Positions 37,464 through 49,857 of a DNA stretch of 64,000 bases are shown in pieces (position 1 is the first letter of the stretch; every line of letters starts with the position of its first letter). The stretch comes from a virus (taxonomy: Duplodnaviria > Caudoviricetes), in IMG/VR virus record IMGVR_UViG_2706795957_000001, positions 29,578 through 93,577 of that record; one strand, written 5' to 3'. The notes under the pieces are model-generated. The model saw nothing but the letters and a program-made list of their open reading frames with translations, was not told the origin of the DNA and ran no database searches. The position numbers were made by a program, and so were the translations under genes.

Positions 37464-39098
37464 GTGAACCAGACGGCGTATGACCGTGTTATCGACGCGT
37501 TCCGGCAATACGGCTGCATCGTCGAAGAAAAGTCGCATGGAGTAGCGAGCGTCCAGGCCCCCGGTCACTCGGGGGCCGATCGCTCTGTGTCGGTCACCCA
37601 GATCGAAGGCCAGGCGCTGGTCCATTGCTTCTCCGACGACACCAACGATGTTCTCGACCAGGTCGGTCTCACCGTGGCCGATCTGTTCGACGAGCCGAAG
37701 AAGGGTGTCGACTACAAGTACGAAGACGGTCGCGTCGTCCACCGCAGCCCCGACAAGAAGTTCCACCAGCAGGGAAACACCAAGGGCTCCAAGCTCTACC
37801 GCGCCTCCAAGCTGGTCAAGGCTGACGAGATCTGGTTCTGCGAGGGCGAGAAAGATGTCCACGCACTCGAACGTCTCGGACTGACCGCCACCACCAACGC
37901 GGGTGGCGCCGGCAACATCAAGAACTTCGACCTGACCCCACTGGCAGGTAAGAAGCTCGTCATCATTCGCGACGATGACGAAGCAGGCATGAAGCATGCC
38001 AACGCACTGTGGACTGCGCTGTCGCAGGACGTGAAGTCCATTCGTGTTGTCACCGCGGCGGAAGGCAAGGATGCCGCGGATCATGTCGCCGCCCAGCGTG
38101 GTGTCGACGACTTCGTGGTCGATGAGTCCTTCGCGACCCGGGTCATCCAGCGCGAGCTCTGGAACACCTGGAAGGAAAACAAGGACGCCGACGCCGACCA
38201 GTTCCTGCAAGTCCTCGAGAAGGAGATCCGTCGACTCCGACCAGCCGAGGACACCACCCAGCTCTACAGCTGGGACGAGGCCCTGCAGAAGTGGTTCGAA
38301 TGGTACGAGGCTCCAGAGTCCGAGCGCCGAGTCATCCCCACACCGTGGCCCAAGCTCAATCAGGTCCTCGCCGGCGGATTCCACGCTGGCCGTTCGTATC
38401 TGATCGTTGCCCGACCAGGCGTCGGCAAGTCCCTCGTGCTCGGCAACGGGGCCCTGTTCGCTGCCCTCGAGGCATGGCAGCAGACCGCGCTGTTCTCCCT
38501 CGAGATGGGGCACGTCGAAATCGTGTCACGCGCGCTCGCTGCCGGCGCCGATGCCAACTACGGCCAGATCACCAAACGTGAGATCGACGAATACAACTTC
38601 GGACTCATCTCGCAGTTCTTCAACAAGTCCGCCGGGATGCCGCTCACCATTGGCGACACCCCGAACCTGTCCATCGACAAAGCCTTCAACTACGTCGACC
38701 ACCTCGCCAACCGCGAGGAGGGACTCGACATCGCGTTCTTCGACTACGCACAGCTCATCAAGGGCAAGTCGGGGCAGAAGTCCACCGAAGCCAACGAGGA
38801 AGTTTCGCGCGGACTCAAGGTCATGTCGCGCATGTACAACATCCCCGTGGTATCCGCGGCCCAGGCCAACCGAGAGGGCGTCAAAGACGGTGGGGCACCC
38901 ACCATGGAGAACATCCGCGGTGCCGGTGCCTACGAACAGGACGCCGACGTCATCATCATCCTGGACCTCGAAACCGAGGAACAGCCACCGCACATGCCCA
39001 CCGGGATGATCGATTTCATCGTCACCAAGAACCGAACCGGTGCGCAGCAGACGATCTCGATGCAGTGGCGTCCGAACAGAGCCCGTATCGATGAGTAG
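37464..39098 (+). CDS. DNA primase (TOPRIM)-DnaB helicase fusion
   Basis: CEGEKD, D.DEAG, GKDAAD; Walker A ARPGVGKS; FSLEM; DYAQLI; EQDAD; KNR.G. Confidence 0.93.
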   Translation: MNQTAYDRVIDAFRQYGCIVEEKSHGVASVQAPGHSGADRSVSVTQIEGQALVHCFSDDTNDVLDQVGLTVADLFDEPKKGVDYKYEDGRVVHRSPDKKFHQQGNTKGSKLYRASKLVKADEIWFCEGEKDVHALERLGLTATTNAGGAGNIKNFDLTPLAGKKLVIIRDDDEAGMKHANALWTALSQDVKSIRVVTAAEGKDAADHVAAQRGVDDFVVDESFATRVIQRELWNTWKENKDADADQFLQVLEKEIRRLRPAEDTTQLYSWDEALQKWFEWYEAPESERRVIPTPWPKLNQVLAGGFHAGRSYLIVARPGVGKSLVLGNGALFAALEAWQQTALFSLEMGHVEIVSRALAAGADANYGQITKREIDEYNFGLISQFFNKSAGMPLTIGDTPNLSIDKAFNYVDHLANREEGLDIAFFDYAQLIKGKSGQKSTEANEEVSRGLKVMSRMYNIPVVSAAQANREGVKDGGAPTMENIRGAGAYEQDADVIIILDLETEEQPPHMPTGMIDFIVTKNRTGAQQTISMQWRPNRARIDE

Positions 39099-39735
39099 GG
39101 CGACAGCGGCGGCGATCATCCCCGAGGAGCTCGAGCGTGAATACCTCGCTGGTGCCACGATGTACGCGCTCGCCGACAAGTATGGGGTCACCCAACCCGC
39201 CATCAGGTACCGGCTCAAGAAGATGGGCGTCCCCTTGCGTAGGGGCGGGCGCAGGAGTCAGTTCTCCCAGGTTGATCCGCTGGTGGATAGCATCGAGGCT
39301 GGCGCTAGCGATGGCCAAATACTGTCCATGGTCCGAGACATCTGCGAGGTCGACGACGCCGGGTGCTGGCGTTGGACCGCCGCGAAAGACGCCGACGGAT
39401 ACGGGGTCCTCTCGGGTCGTCGACTGGCCTCCTGCGGCCGGCCCAACCGAGTCCACCGGCTCACGCTTGAGTGTTCCGATGGAGTCAGGATCCCCAGTCG
39501 GATTCCGGTGCATCACACGTGTGCAAACAGGGGATGCGTCAATCCAGCCCACCTGCAGGCGGTTAGTCTGCGCGAGAACAACGCGGAGATGGTGGAGCGA
39601 AACCTCTACCTGGATACCATTTCGGAGCTTCTGGCGCTCACGGAGGGACAGCACTCAGACCACCCGGCGGTTGCTCGGGCTAAATATGTACTCGACCGAG
39701 TGAACGATCGGTCTGTCTACTATCTAATGGTATAG
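39091..39735 (+). CDS. HNH endonuclease with N-terminal HTH
   Basis: CWRWT...GYG...VHR...VHH.C.NRGCVNPAHL..V...EN. Confidence 0.9.
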   Translation: MSRATAAAIIPEELEREYLAGATMYALADKYGVTQPAIRYRLKKMGVPLRRGGRRSQFSQVDPLVDSIEAGASDGQILSMVRDICEVDDAGCWRWTAAKDADGYGVLSGRRLASCGRPNRVHRLTLECSDGVRIPSRIPVHHTCANRGCVNPAHLQAVSLRENNAEMVERNLYLDTISELLALTEGQHSDHPAVARAKYVLDRVNDRSVYYLMV

Positions 39736-39746
39736 TGGACAGCATC

Positions 39747-40037
39747 ATGAGTCAGCCATACAAGATCATCGTCTACTCGAAGCCGGCCTGTGTTCAGTGC
39801 AATGCAGTCAAGAAGTGGCTCGACGAACGCCAGATCGCCTACGAGACATTCGATGTCACCACCGACGACGGTGCTGAAGGCTTCGCCAAGATCACCGGGT
39901 GGGGTTACCAGCAGGTGCCCGTAACCGTCGTCCGCGACACCGAGAGCAACGAGCTCGTCGAGCACTTCGGTGGAAACGCCGTCACCAAACTCCTGGGCTA
40001 CTTCCCCAAGGACCAGTTCCCCCGAATCAAGAAGTGA
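39747..40037 (+). CDS. nrdH: NrdH-like glutaredoxin
   Basis: VYSKPACVQC, GYQQVPV. Confidence 0.9.
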   Translation: MSQPYKIIVYSKPACVQCNAVKKWLDERQIAYETFDVTTDDGAEGFAKITGWGYQQVPVTVVRDTESNELVEHFGGNAVTKLLGYFPKDQFPRIKK

Positions 40038-40046
40038 GGACACACA

Positions 40047-40553
40047 ATGGCAAATGACACCGTCATCACCGTCATCGGTAACCTGACCGCCGACCCCGAA
40101 CTCCGGTTCACGCCCTCCGGTGCCGCGGTCGCGAACTTCACCGTCGCGTCGACCCCGCGGTACTTCGACAAGCAGTCGAACGAGTGGAAGGATGCCGAGG
40201 CACTCTTCCTGCGCTGCAACGTCTGGCGCGAGTACGCCGAGAACGTGACTGAGTCGCTCCAGAAGGGCGCCCGCGTCATCGTCCAGGGCAAGCTCAAGCA
40301 GCGGTCCTACGAGAAGGATGGCCAGCCGCGCACCACCTTCGAGCTCGAGGTTGAGGAGATCGGCCCCGCACTCCGGTACGCCACCGCCCGGGTCACCAAG
40401 TCACAGCGTGGCGGATTCGGTGGCGGCAACAACGACTTCAGTGGCGGACTGCAGAGCCAGGGCATCGACCAGGTCTCGGCGGCGGCGAACAACTTCGCTG
40501 CAGCCGGCGCGACCGGCGGAGGCTCCTGGGGCAACGACGAACCGCCGTTCTGA
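40047..40553 (+). CDS. ssb: Single-stranded DNA-binding protein
   Basis: [21 protein letters not shown]...DEPPF tail. Confidence 0.97.
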   Translation: MANDTVITVIGNLTADPELRFTPSGAAVANFTVASTPRYFDKQSNEWKDAEALFLRCNVWREYAENVTESLQKGARVIVQGKLKQRSYEKDGQPRTTFELEVEEIGPALRYATARVTKSQRGGFGGGNNDFSGGLQSQGIDQVSAAANNFAAAGATGGGSWGNDEPPF

Positions 40554-40557
40554 GCTG

Positions 40558-40848
40558 ATGTCTGACCCATTTCGGCTGGCGCTGCTACAGCTGCCCCCGG
40601 ACCACCTCGAGTCGGTCCGGGAGCAGCTGCTCGAGGACGTACTGACCAGCAGCCCCGAGGAGATCGTGGACGTCATGATGGACCTCCACGAGGCGCTGGC
40701 GAAGATGTCAGTCGCCGGCACCTATCTCCCGGGGCCCGCCAGTCAAGTCGCCTCCGCCGCAGTAGATTCCGTCATGCAGGAGGCGGCACGACTGGCCATC
40801 CAACGTCAAGTCTTCCGTGAGGTGCTGACGATCCCCGGCTGGGGGTAA
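40558..40848 (+). CDS. Hypothetical protein
   Basis: GC3-rich ORF in operon. Confidence 0.55.
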   Translation: MSDPFRLALLQLPPDHLESVREQLLEDVLTSSPEEIVDVMMDLHEALAKMSVAGTYLPGPASQVASAAVDSVMQEAARLAIQRQVFREVLTIPGWG

Positions 40849-40852
40849 CCCG

Positions 40853-41167
40853 ATGGCCAACGATTCGCGCGACTGGATGATCCACGCCTACTGCCGCGGA
40901 AAAGACCCCAAGCATTGGGAATCTGACAACCGCGGCGGTGGCCAGGAAACCAAGGCCCGCAACGCGTGTGCTCCATGCGAGATGCACCAGAAGTGCGCCG
41001 ACTACCACATCCGAGACCTCAAGAACTGCCCGCCACTAGGGGTGGTCGTCGCCGGCATTCCCGTGAAGGAATCCCGGGACACCGACTGGGACAGGCAGAT
41101 AGACCAACTACGACAGATAGCGAGGGGAACCAATGGGTTGGAACCCACAGATCCACTTCAAGGGTGA
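40853..41167 (+). CDS. WhiB-family transcription factor (divergent)
   Basis: W...A.C...D...W...C..C.....C four-Cys pattern and GVVVAG turn. Confidence 0.8.
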   Translation: MANDSRDWMIHAYCRGKDPKHWESDNRGGGQETKARNACAPCEMHQKCADYHIRDLKNCPPLGVVVAGIPVKESRDTDWDRQIDQLRQIARGTNGLEPTDPLQG

Positions 41168-41411
41168 CATCGCCGAAGACGTCCTGGCCGACCCAGACCG
41201 TGTCTACGGGCCATCCGAGCCGCCCATTGAAGAGTCGTTCAAGGCCATCGCCGCCGAGTACGACGCCGACAGTGACGTCACCACAGTGACCCTGGCGCCG
41301 GTCACCCGCACCGAAGCCCTCGAGCAGGCCGTCGCGACCTACGGCGAGGACCTCGACAAGCTCAAGCGACTCGATCGGGCGGGGCTGCTCAGTGGACCAG
41401 CGCACCAGTAG
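41133..41411 (+). CDS. Hypothetical protein
   Basis: GC3-rich ORF. Confidence 0.55.
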   Translation: MGWNPQIHFKGDIAEDVLADPDRVYGPSEPPIEESFKAIAAEYDADSDVTTVTLAPVTRTEALEQAVATYGEDLDKLKRLDRAGLLSGPAHQ

Positions 41412-42096
41412 CCACACCCTGGTCTACATCGTCAGGCCGGGGGAGAACGAAGAGCTCCGCATGTCGCTGCGGTCACTTCGGAACCTCCCCCACGACGAGG
41501 TGTGGATCGTCGGCGACAAACCATCGTGGGTGAGTGATGAAGTCAACTTCATCCAGGGCAACCTCGGCCCAACCTCGCATGACAACGTGTACAACAACAT
41601 TCGCCTGGCATGCGCTCACCCCGACGTCGCCGATGAGTTCGTCATCATGAACGACGACTTCTTCATCACCGAGCAGATGCCAACCATCCCCAACTGGTAC
41701 CGCTCCACCCTTGACGAGCACATCGCCCTGCCTCGGGTCCAGCGCCAGCGGGGGTGGTGGCTCGAGTCGCTCACCCTCACCCGAATTGCCCTGCTGGCAC
41801 ACGGAATCAAGGTGCCGCTGAGTTACGAGCTCCACGTGCCATTCGCAGTCAACAAGGCGGCAATGGGGGAGACGCTCACCCAGTTCTCCTATGTCAACCC
41901 CGGCAACCCTCCGCAGTGGAGATCGCTGTACGGCAACATGCACCAGATCCCCGCAGAACCACACGAAGACTGCAAGCGCTACGTCGGAAACGAACTCGTC
42001 AGGCCGCTCCACTCGTGCGACGACGGATCATTCTTCCTCATCGAACGCGAACTCCAGCAACTCTTCCCTGAACCATCGAAGTATGAGGTGACATGA
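41392..42096 (+). CDS. Stealth-like sugar-phosphate transferase / glycosyltransferase
   Basis: NEELRMSLRSL...VWIVG.KPSW...EFVIMNDDFF...YELHVP. Confidence 0.65.
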   Translation: MDQRTSSHTLVYIVRPGENEELRMSLRSLRNLPHDEVWIVGDKPSWVSDEVNFIQGNLGPTSHDNVYNNIRLACAHPDVADEFVIMNDDFFITEQMPTIPNWYRSTLDEHIALPRVQRQRGWWLESLTLTRIALLAHGIKVPLSYELHVPFAVNKAAMGETLTQFSYVNPGNPPQWRSLYGNMHQIPAEPHEDCKRYVGNELVRPLHSCDDGSFFLIERELQQLFPEPSKYEVT

Positions 42097-42672
42097 TAGC
42101 CGCCGCGATCAACCAAGGTCAGGTGGGCCAGAAGGCAAAGATCGGCTCCCTCGACGGCCTGATCCTGTCTGTCGATCACCGAATCCGCGGCGGTCTCAAC
42201 GACCTTCGCAAACGCCACGCCGTCGACATCCATCTTGTGCTCGACACCCCCAAGGGCATCAAGCACATCGTCGTCAGTCCTCGGACCGACGTTCAGCTGT
42301 TCCCATCCGTCATGCCCAATCATTGGAGAACCCATGAGTGACAGCACCATCAACGAAATGTTCATCAACGGACAGTGGATCACCGCACCGCTCGACGAGC
42401 CCGCCGGATTTGACTACACCGCAGCCGCCTTCGACGACTTCGCCTCCGAGGATGACCAGCACACTCAGGACCTCCTCAGCCACATCTACGCCAACGAGAT
42501 CGCCGGCAAATGGACCCTGATCCCCGAGGGTCACCCCGCCGACATCGTCAGCGAGCCCGACGAGGACAAGGGTGTCCTGAACTGGATCATCCTCGGCGAG
42601 GAACTGCACAGGGTCCGGATCTACGACGACGCCAACGGCAACCGCTGGGCCCGCGAGGATGACGAGGACTGA
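42093..42672 (+). other. Two hypothetical genes (42093-42341, 42334-42672)
   Basis: Coupled ORFs. Confidence 0.55.
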
Positions 42673-43114
42673 TCCGGTGGCCAGCCGCCGCTGCAAGGAC
42701 TGCGCTACCGAGGGTGTGACGTCGCGACGCAAGGCCCCGTACCCGGGGCCTCGGTGTCACACCCACAATCGCAAGAAGCGCAACGACCGCAGATCCAGCG
42801 ACCACGCTCGCCGACTCGAGGCCGTCTACGGCATCAGCGCCGACGACTACGCCAACCTCCTCGAGGCCCAGGAGGGGCGCTGCGCCATATGTCGTCGTGC
42901 CACAGGGAAGTCCAAGCGCCTCAGTGTCGACCACTGGCATGACCCCAACGGCGGGGGCTACGTCCGCGGCCTCCTCTGCGGGCCCTGCAACCGGGACGTC
43001 CTTGGCCACCTCCGCGATGACATCGACGCTCTCAAGCGCGCCATCGCCTACCTCGAGAACCCACCAGCACTAGACGTCATCGGGAAACGCTACGTCCCGT
43101 TCGACGAGGAATAG
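42659..43114 (+). CDS. Endonuclease VII-family nuclease
   Basis: YGIS.DDY..LL.AQ.G.CAIC...LSVDH.H....VRGLLC..CN..LG. Confidence 0.9.
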   Translation: MTRTDPVASRRCKDCATEGVTSRRKAPYPGPRCHTHNRKKRNDRRSSDHARRLEAVYGISADDYANLLEAQEGRCAICRRATGKSKRLSVDHWHDPNGGGYVRGLLCGPCNRDVLGHLRDDIDALKRAIAYLENPPALDVIGKRYVPFDEE

Positions 43115-43121
43115 GAGCACT

Positions 43122-43514
43122 GTGACCACCGAACTACTCATTGCCTACCTGATCGGCATCATCGCCTTCCTGCCCGGTCTGCGCTACATCGCCGGCCACG
43201 TACCCGGTGACGACATCGGTAGCGGTGTCCGATGGTTCACCGCAACCCTCATGGCAGCGGTCTGGCCCCTGATCGTGGTCGTGTTCTTCGTCAAGCACGT
43301 CCTGTCGATCCTCGTGCCGTGGTGGTTGCCGCCCGTCAAGCTCGCCGCGTTCATCAAGCAGCAGCAGACCGCTGGTGACAACTCCACGCAGGTCCAGTCT
43401 GTCGGCGACGCACACATCCGCGTCACCCCGAGCTTCACGGGGTTCGCTGACGACATCAACTGGGAGGCCGAGCAGCGCCGTGCCGCCAGCCAGCAGGGCA
43501 AGAACCTCCGATGA
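43122..43514 (+). CDS. Membrane protein
   Basis: Two N-terminal TM segments. Confidence 0.65.
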   Translation: MTTELLIAYLIGIIAFLPGLRYIAGHVPGDDIGSGVRWFTATLMAAVWPLIVVVFFVKHVLSILVPWWLPPVKLAAFIKQQQTAGDNSTQVQSVGDAHIRVTPSFTGFADDINWEAEQRRAASQQGKNLR

Positions 43515-44125
43515 GCGAGGAGGAGCCGCGGAAGCGCAAGGTCGTCGAGACCCGGCACTTCACCACAGCAGGACGCAAGGATTCCGAGGACGCACGCAAC
43601 CAGCGTGACCGCGAGTTCCTCCGCGACGTCGCGGTCCCTGGCGATGATGACGAGTACTTCAACGCACCGTTCGTCAATCTGCGGCTCCCTCCCACTCGCG
43701 ACCTGCCGTCAGTGGAGATCTTCAACCCCATGGGCCTGCGCATGGCCACCGTGTTCAAGCAGCTCGGCTACGTGCGGCTCCCGGAGCGGGAGAAGGTCCG
43801 CTGGCTACCCAGCGCAGGCATGGCCGGTCGGATCAGTGAGATGGACCAAGGCACCTGGATTGAGCGCAACGACGACGGCAGCTGGCCCTCGCTCGACCCG
43901 CTCGACCACATCGTGCCCGAAGACATCAAGACCGAGCCGACGCCCGAAGACGACTTCCCCGACGGCATCGACGCCAACCATCGCTACAAGGCGGTATACA
44001 CACCCACTGGGCACTTCGCATATGGCCGAAAGCCGTTGAACGCCCACAAGAATCTCCTCGAAAAGCTGGAGCGAATCGAGGAGCAGGGGGAAGCCCAAGA
44101 AGAGGATTCATCTGGTACTGTCTAA
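43511..44125 (+). CDS. Hypothetical protein
   Basis: ATGA-coupled, 204 aa. Confidence 0.65.
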   Translation: MSEEEPRKRKVVETRHFTTAGRKDSEDARNQRDREFLRDVAVPGDDDEYFNAPFVNLRLPPTRDLPSVEIFNPMGLRMATVFKQLGYVRLPEREKVRWLPSAGMAGRISEMDQGTWIERNDDGSWPSLDPLDHIVPEDIKTEPTPEDDFPDGIDANHRYKAVYTPTGHFAYGRKPLNAHKNLLEKLERIEEQGEAQEEDSSGTV

Positions 44126-44129
44126 TGTC

Positions 44130-44867
44130 ATGGTAGACAGTAGAAAGAAGATCCTCACCGCGGTGGTCGGGTCACATCTGCACGGCAATGCCCGACCAGA
44201 TAGTGACCTCGACCTCCGCTCCGTCCATATCGAGCCGACGCTGGCAATGACCGGCCTCGACGCCCCGCCACCGACCACCAAGACCATTGCCGGCGACGCC
44301 GACCATGTGTCCTGGGAGGTCGGTTTTCTGTGCAAGCAGGCACTCAACGGTGAGATGAACTCCCTCGAGGTTCTCTATGCCGAGGAGTACGAGCACAAGG
44401 TCGAGGCCTACGAAGCCAACGAGCTGTTTCGGATCCGCGACGACTTCCTCTCGCAGCGCATCAGGAAGAAGTGGCTGGGCTTCGCCTTTGGCCAAGCTGC
44501 TAGTATCTCCCGCGGCCTTGAGCGCCACCACCTCGAGCCTGAGTTTGATGCCTTCAAGGGTATTCAGAAGCCAGCTTTTCACCTGATCCGTGTGATCGAT
44601 GCACTCGGAACGGCATGGGAGACCGGGGGATTCAGTCCCCGCCACCCGCACCCGGATGCTGTCACCACCTGGATCGCCGAGAACTGGCAGTCCTACACGT
44701 TCACCGCGTCCCTTCAGTCGGCAATCAACGACGTGACCGACATCGTCGACAACAGGCCGACCCCACTCCCCGAAGAACCGCGGCTCGACCGAATCGACCA
44801 GTACATCAGGAACATTCGCGCCATGCACTTCTTCATCCCCCGCACCCACACCGAGGAGAACCAGTAA
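44130..44867 (+). CDS. Pol-beta superfamily nucleotidyltransferase (YcgL/RlaP-like)
   Basis: VGSHLHG.A.PDSDLDLR, K...H..R, P..P. Confidence 0.85.
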   Translation: MVDSRKKILTAVVGSHLHGNARPDSDLDLRSVHIEPTLAMTGLDAPPPTTKTIAGDADHVSWEVGFLCKQALNGEMNSLEVLYAEEYEHKVEAYEANELFRIRDDFLSQRIRKKWLGFAFGQAASISRGLERHHLEPEFDAFKGIQKPAFHLIRVIDALGTAWETGGFSPRHPHPDAVTTWIAENWQSYTFTASLQSAINDVTDIVDNRPTPLPEEPRLDRIDQYIRNIRAMHFFIPRTHTEENQ

Positions 44868-46005
44868 TGACACAAGGCAAGATCATCGACAACATCAAGA
44901 ACGCCGGCGGTGTCATCCCCGCACTGCAGACCGGCGTCGTCCCCATGGGCTCCGGACCCGAGGTCGAGGAGTACGCCCAGATCGCCCAGCTCTGGGAGAT
45001 GTTCAACGTCTACGTCAAGAACTTCGAGGACAAGCACGGCATCGGCGGTCTCCGATGACCACCTACACCATGGACATCGACCGTCGGGCCGACGAGCTAG
45101 GGGAGGAGGCGTGGCTGAAATTCCTCGAGGAGGATGGATTCGAAAGCGCCACCGAGGCATACGATCGGCTGACCTCCTTCTTCAAGAAGGCCAGGCTGGG
45201 CGACGACCCCTACCTCTCCGCCGATGTGCTCTACTGCGGGGTCACCGGTCGGGTCACCGACTTCCGTGCCCAGGTTGTCGGCCACTACAACGACACCCGA
45301 GGCCGGTTCACCCTGATCCTCGCCAACGGGGACAAGGTTATCTTCGTCAAGCCTCGACCAGGAGTGCTGTGATGTATCAACCACAAAGGCTCGAATCTAC
45401 TTGGAAGCTCCCGGGTCAGATCGAGGCCAGCCTGGCGCTCAAGATCAACTACGGCTGGCCCTCGGACGCCAGGCTCCTCGCCGCGCTCGCCAACGAGCTC
45501 GAGGCGACGTCACGCAAGTTCTTCGATGAGCTCGACGAGAAAGAGGAGAAGCTCTGAAATGGCCCATTTCACAGTATGTTTCGTCAACCACACCTCGGCC
45601 TACATGTCCGTCGAGGCGGACACTCCGAACGAGGCTCTCAACTACGCTGACGAGCACTTCGGGTACCCCGGCCTCTGCCACCACTGCGCCGTCGAGCGCG
45701 AAGACGGCGAATGGTTCGCCGAAGCCGTCGAGGACGCTGACGGGAACCTTGTGGTCCAGGGGCTGACACTGTGACCAACAAGGAACGCATCGCCGCACTC
45801 GAAGCCCGGGTCGCTGCACTCGAGGCCGCACTCGCACCCAAGGCAACCGAGCCGATGCTTGGCCCTGAGTTCCTCACCGGCATGGTAGACTCTGTGGCGA
45901 ATCTCATTGGTGCAGTGAAGAAGTCGAACCTATGATCGGCGCACTCGCACTCGTTCTCATCTTCGGATTCGCTCTAGGGCTGGCTGTTGGTATCGCCCTG
46001 TCTTG
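44867..46005 (+). other. Run of small hypothetical genes (44867-45058, 45055-45372, 45372-45557, 45559-45774 and two shorter ORFs)
   Basis: Coupled start/stop codons. Confidence 0.55.
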
Positions 46006-46200
46006 AAGAAGAAGCCCAAGAGGTGTTTGAACAGAACTTTCCATCTGTCGAATGGCTAAGTAGTCGTTGGACATTCATGGAGGACTACGAGTGAGCTACT
46101 GCATCGCATGTGAGCGTGAAGATCCTGGGCCCCGACCAGAGGGCTGCAGTCGGCTGTGGTGTTTGCCATGGCTGGAGAAAGAAGAGGAGGTTGAAACCAA

Positions 46201-46824
46201 ATGACAGAGAAGAAGATTCGAGTGGGCATCGACTTGGACGGAGTGCTGTACGACTTCGCCAAAGCGGTCCGGGAGTACCTGGTCAAAGAGCATTCATGGG
46301 ATGCGCAACTCTGTGGCGAACCGCAGAAGTGGGCGTTCTACAATGACTGGGGTCTGACCAGCGAAGGCTTCAACTTCATCTGCAACACCGCGGCAGATCG
46401 GAAGATGCTGTGGGATGCTGACTTCTGCACCGACTACAACGCGGTCACCCAGATCCGTCGCCTCGAGAACCACCCAGGCCTGTCGCTGCACGTCATCACC
46501 GCTCGCCACCACGGATGGCACCCGGGCGTGACGCAGGAAGCCACCGCGGAATGGCTGAAGGGAAAGTTCAAGTACGACACGCTCACGTTCTCCAACGACA
46601 AGACCATCGTGCGGACCGACTACATGATCGAAGACTCCGCATACAACCACCTCAAGCTGCGTGACGCCGGCACCAGCTCGTTCCTGCTCAACCAGGCATG
46701 GAACTCAGACACCGTGTGCAGGCCAGCATTTGGTGGATACCCCCACCCGCTACATCGCATCGACTCCGTCAAGGAATTCGTCGACATCGTGCTGCTCGCA
46801 GCAGACAAGGAGATTCCGTTTTGA
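46201..46824 (+). CDS. HAD-family 5'(3')-deoxyribonucleotidase
   Basis: IDLDGVL.DF, ITAR, T.EWL, K....D.MIED. Confidence 0.88.
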   Translation: MTEKKIRVGIDLDGVLYDFAKAVREYLVKEHSWDAQLCGEPQKWAFYNDWGLTSEGFNFICNTAADRKMLWDADFCTDYNAVTQIRRLENHPGLSLHVITARHHGWHPGVTQEATAEWLKGKFKYDTLTFSNDKTIVRTDYMIEDSAYNHLKLRDAGTSSFLLNQAWNSDTVCRPAFGGYPHPLHRIDSVKEFVDIVLLAADKEIPF

Positions 46825-47306
46825 CGTGTCGGTGCGACACGGAGACCTACGCACGAGGGGTCTGCCGCCCCTGTTACGAGCGGGACCTCAGGAAGCGAAA
46901 TCCCGAATACGCCGAAAGGCAACGGGTTAACAGTCACCGTTGGCGACTTACACCCGAGAACTTGGAGCGTAAAAGAGCGAAAGACCGCGAACGCTACAAG
47001 GGAAGGCCCAAGACATCCAGGGCTCACTACACCTACGGCCTGACGGCCGAGGAGTACCGCCAGCGCATGGCGCAGCCGTGCGGAATCTGTGGTGCCCCAT
47101 CGAAACACATGGATCACGACCACAGGACCGGACGGGTTCGCGGTGGCCTCTGTCACCGGTGCAACCTCGGCCTGGGCTACCTCGAGGGGTGGTTCGTCGA
47201 GAACGCGCCGGCGGTTCTGACCTGGCTCCAGGGCAGCGAGAGCCCGTCGATTCGGGAGATTCTCGAGATCGTAAACCAAGAGGAGGAAACTAGTGTCCAG
47301 CAATGA
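46821..47306 (+). CDS. Endonuclease VII-like homing endonuclease
   Basis: YGLT.EEY.....CGIC....MDHDH.TG.VRG.LC..CN.GLG. Confidence 0.85.
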   Translation: MTCRCDTETYARGVCRPCYERDLRKRNPEYAERQRVNSHRWRLTPENLERKRAKDRERYKGRPKTSRAHYTYGLTAEEYRQRMAQPCGICGAPSKHMDHDHRTGRVRGGLCHRCNLGLGYLEGWFVENAPAVLTWLQGSESPSIREILEIVNQEEETSVQQ

Positions 47307-48236
47307 AGTTCGTACAACTTCATCTTCGGGGGGCCGCAAGGGGGTGAAGGAGGAGAGGCCGGACCTAATTCCCGTAGTCCAACTCCGCGCACTCGCTGTT
47401 CACTATGGCCGGGGCGCCGAAAAGTACACCGAGCGCGATGCTCGAGGCGCCGTGGTCCATGACGGTGCAAACAACTGGCGCCTCGGTTACGAGTGGAGTA
47501 AGTCTTATGCCGCCCTGCAGCGCCACGCCATGGCCTTCTGGCAGGGCGAGGACGTCGACGAAGAAACCGGCTCCCTGCATCTGATCGCAGCGGCATGGCA
47601 TGCACTCACCCTCGCAGAGTTCCTCTCGAATCCCGAGAAGTACGGACGCTTCGACGACCGGCCATCTACCGAGGCGGTCGTCAATGAGGACGTCGAGGTC
47701 GAAGGCGATGGCCTGGACGCGGGCGACTGGGTCATCCACACCGAGTCCATGGCCAAGTTCGCCGAGTACATCGCGTCGGTGGCTGGCTCTCAGGTCGTCA
47801 TACAGAACTACAACCCGAACGCTGCGGTCTACGAAGGCCTGCCCGAGGTCGACGAGGATGCCGACACCATCGAAGCCGGCGACACGGTTGTCGTCGACAC
47901 GGAGGGGTCCTACGAGCCCGACGGGTGCTTCGATCCGATGGAGACGTACACCGTCACCAAGAAGTGGACCGACGACGGATACACATACGTGTCCATCCAG
48001 GGTCGCGGCCAGGGTGGGTGGGACATCGACCGCTTCCGCAAGGCCGACCCGGACCCCGTGGCCACCAGCCCCGAACCGCGGACCTGGAATGCACTCAAGG
48101 ACATCCCGGCGGACGTCAATGAGGTCGCGGACCGAGACGGCGAGCACCTGCATCGAAACGGTGCAGCAGGTTGGTACTACAAACTCAAGTTGGCATCCAC
48201 CTTCGTCTCAACCTACGGCCCCTACACCGAGATCCG

Positions 48237-48240
<4 letters not shown>
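47293..48240 (+). CDS. DUF5664-type dATP/dGTP diphosphohydrolase domain protein with C-terminal extensions
   Basis: K...DLIP....LA.....GA.KY...NW..G..WS..YAAL.RH..AF..GED.D.ETG..HL..AAW. Confidence 0.82.
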
Positions 48241-49582
<1,342 letters not shown>

Positions 49583-49857
49583 TGAAAACGCTGAGCCTGT
49601 CCCAGAAGGATGTTGGACGCACCCTTCGAATCGAAACCAAGGTCAAGTCCAAGCCGATCCGCGGGAAGATCCTTGAGGTGATCAAGAACAAGGATCACAT
49701 TCGGGTCGAGTTGCAGACCGGTTTCGGCACCAAACACATGATCCTCACTGCGGCCAACGAGATCAGCCTCGACGACTAAACGTCGTGACCCGTCTAGTTA
49801 CTAACGATATACTAGACATTGCTGGGGAGCATCACCGAAAGACCGGAGTCCTCTGCC

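Noticed and set aside
15630-39098. Inteins in RtcB or the helicase
   Set aside because: Lengths and motif spacing are normal; no splice-junction motifs seen
12032-48153. Long antisense ORFs (e.g. 12032-13123, 19452-20426, 25151-26188, 37299-38513)
   Set aside because: Shadows of GC3-rich sense genes that have clear motifs
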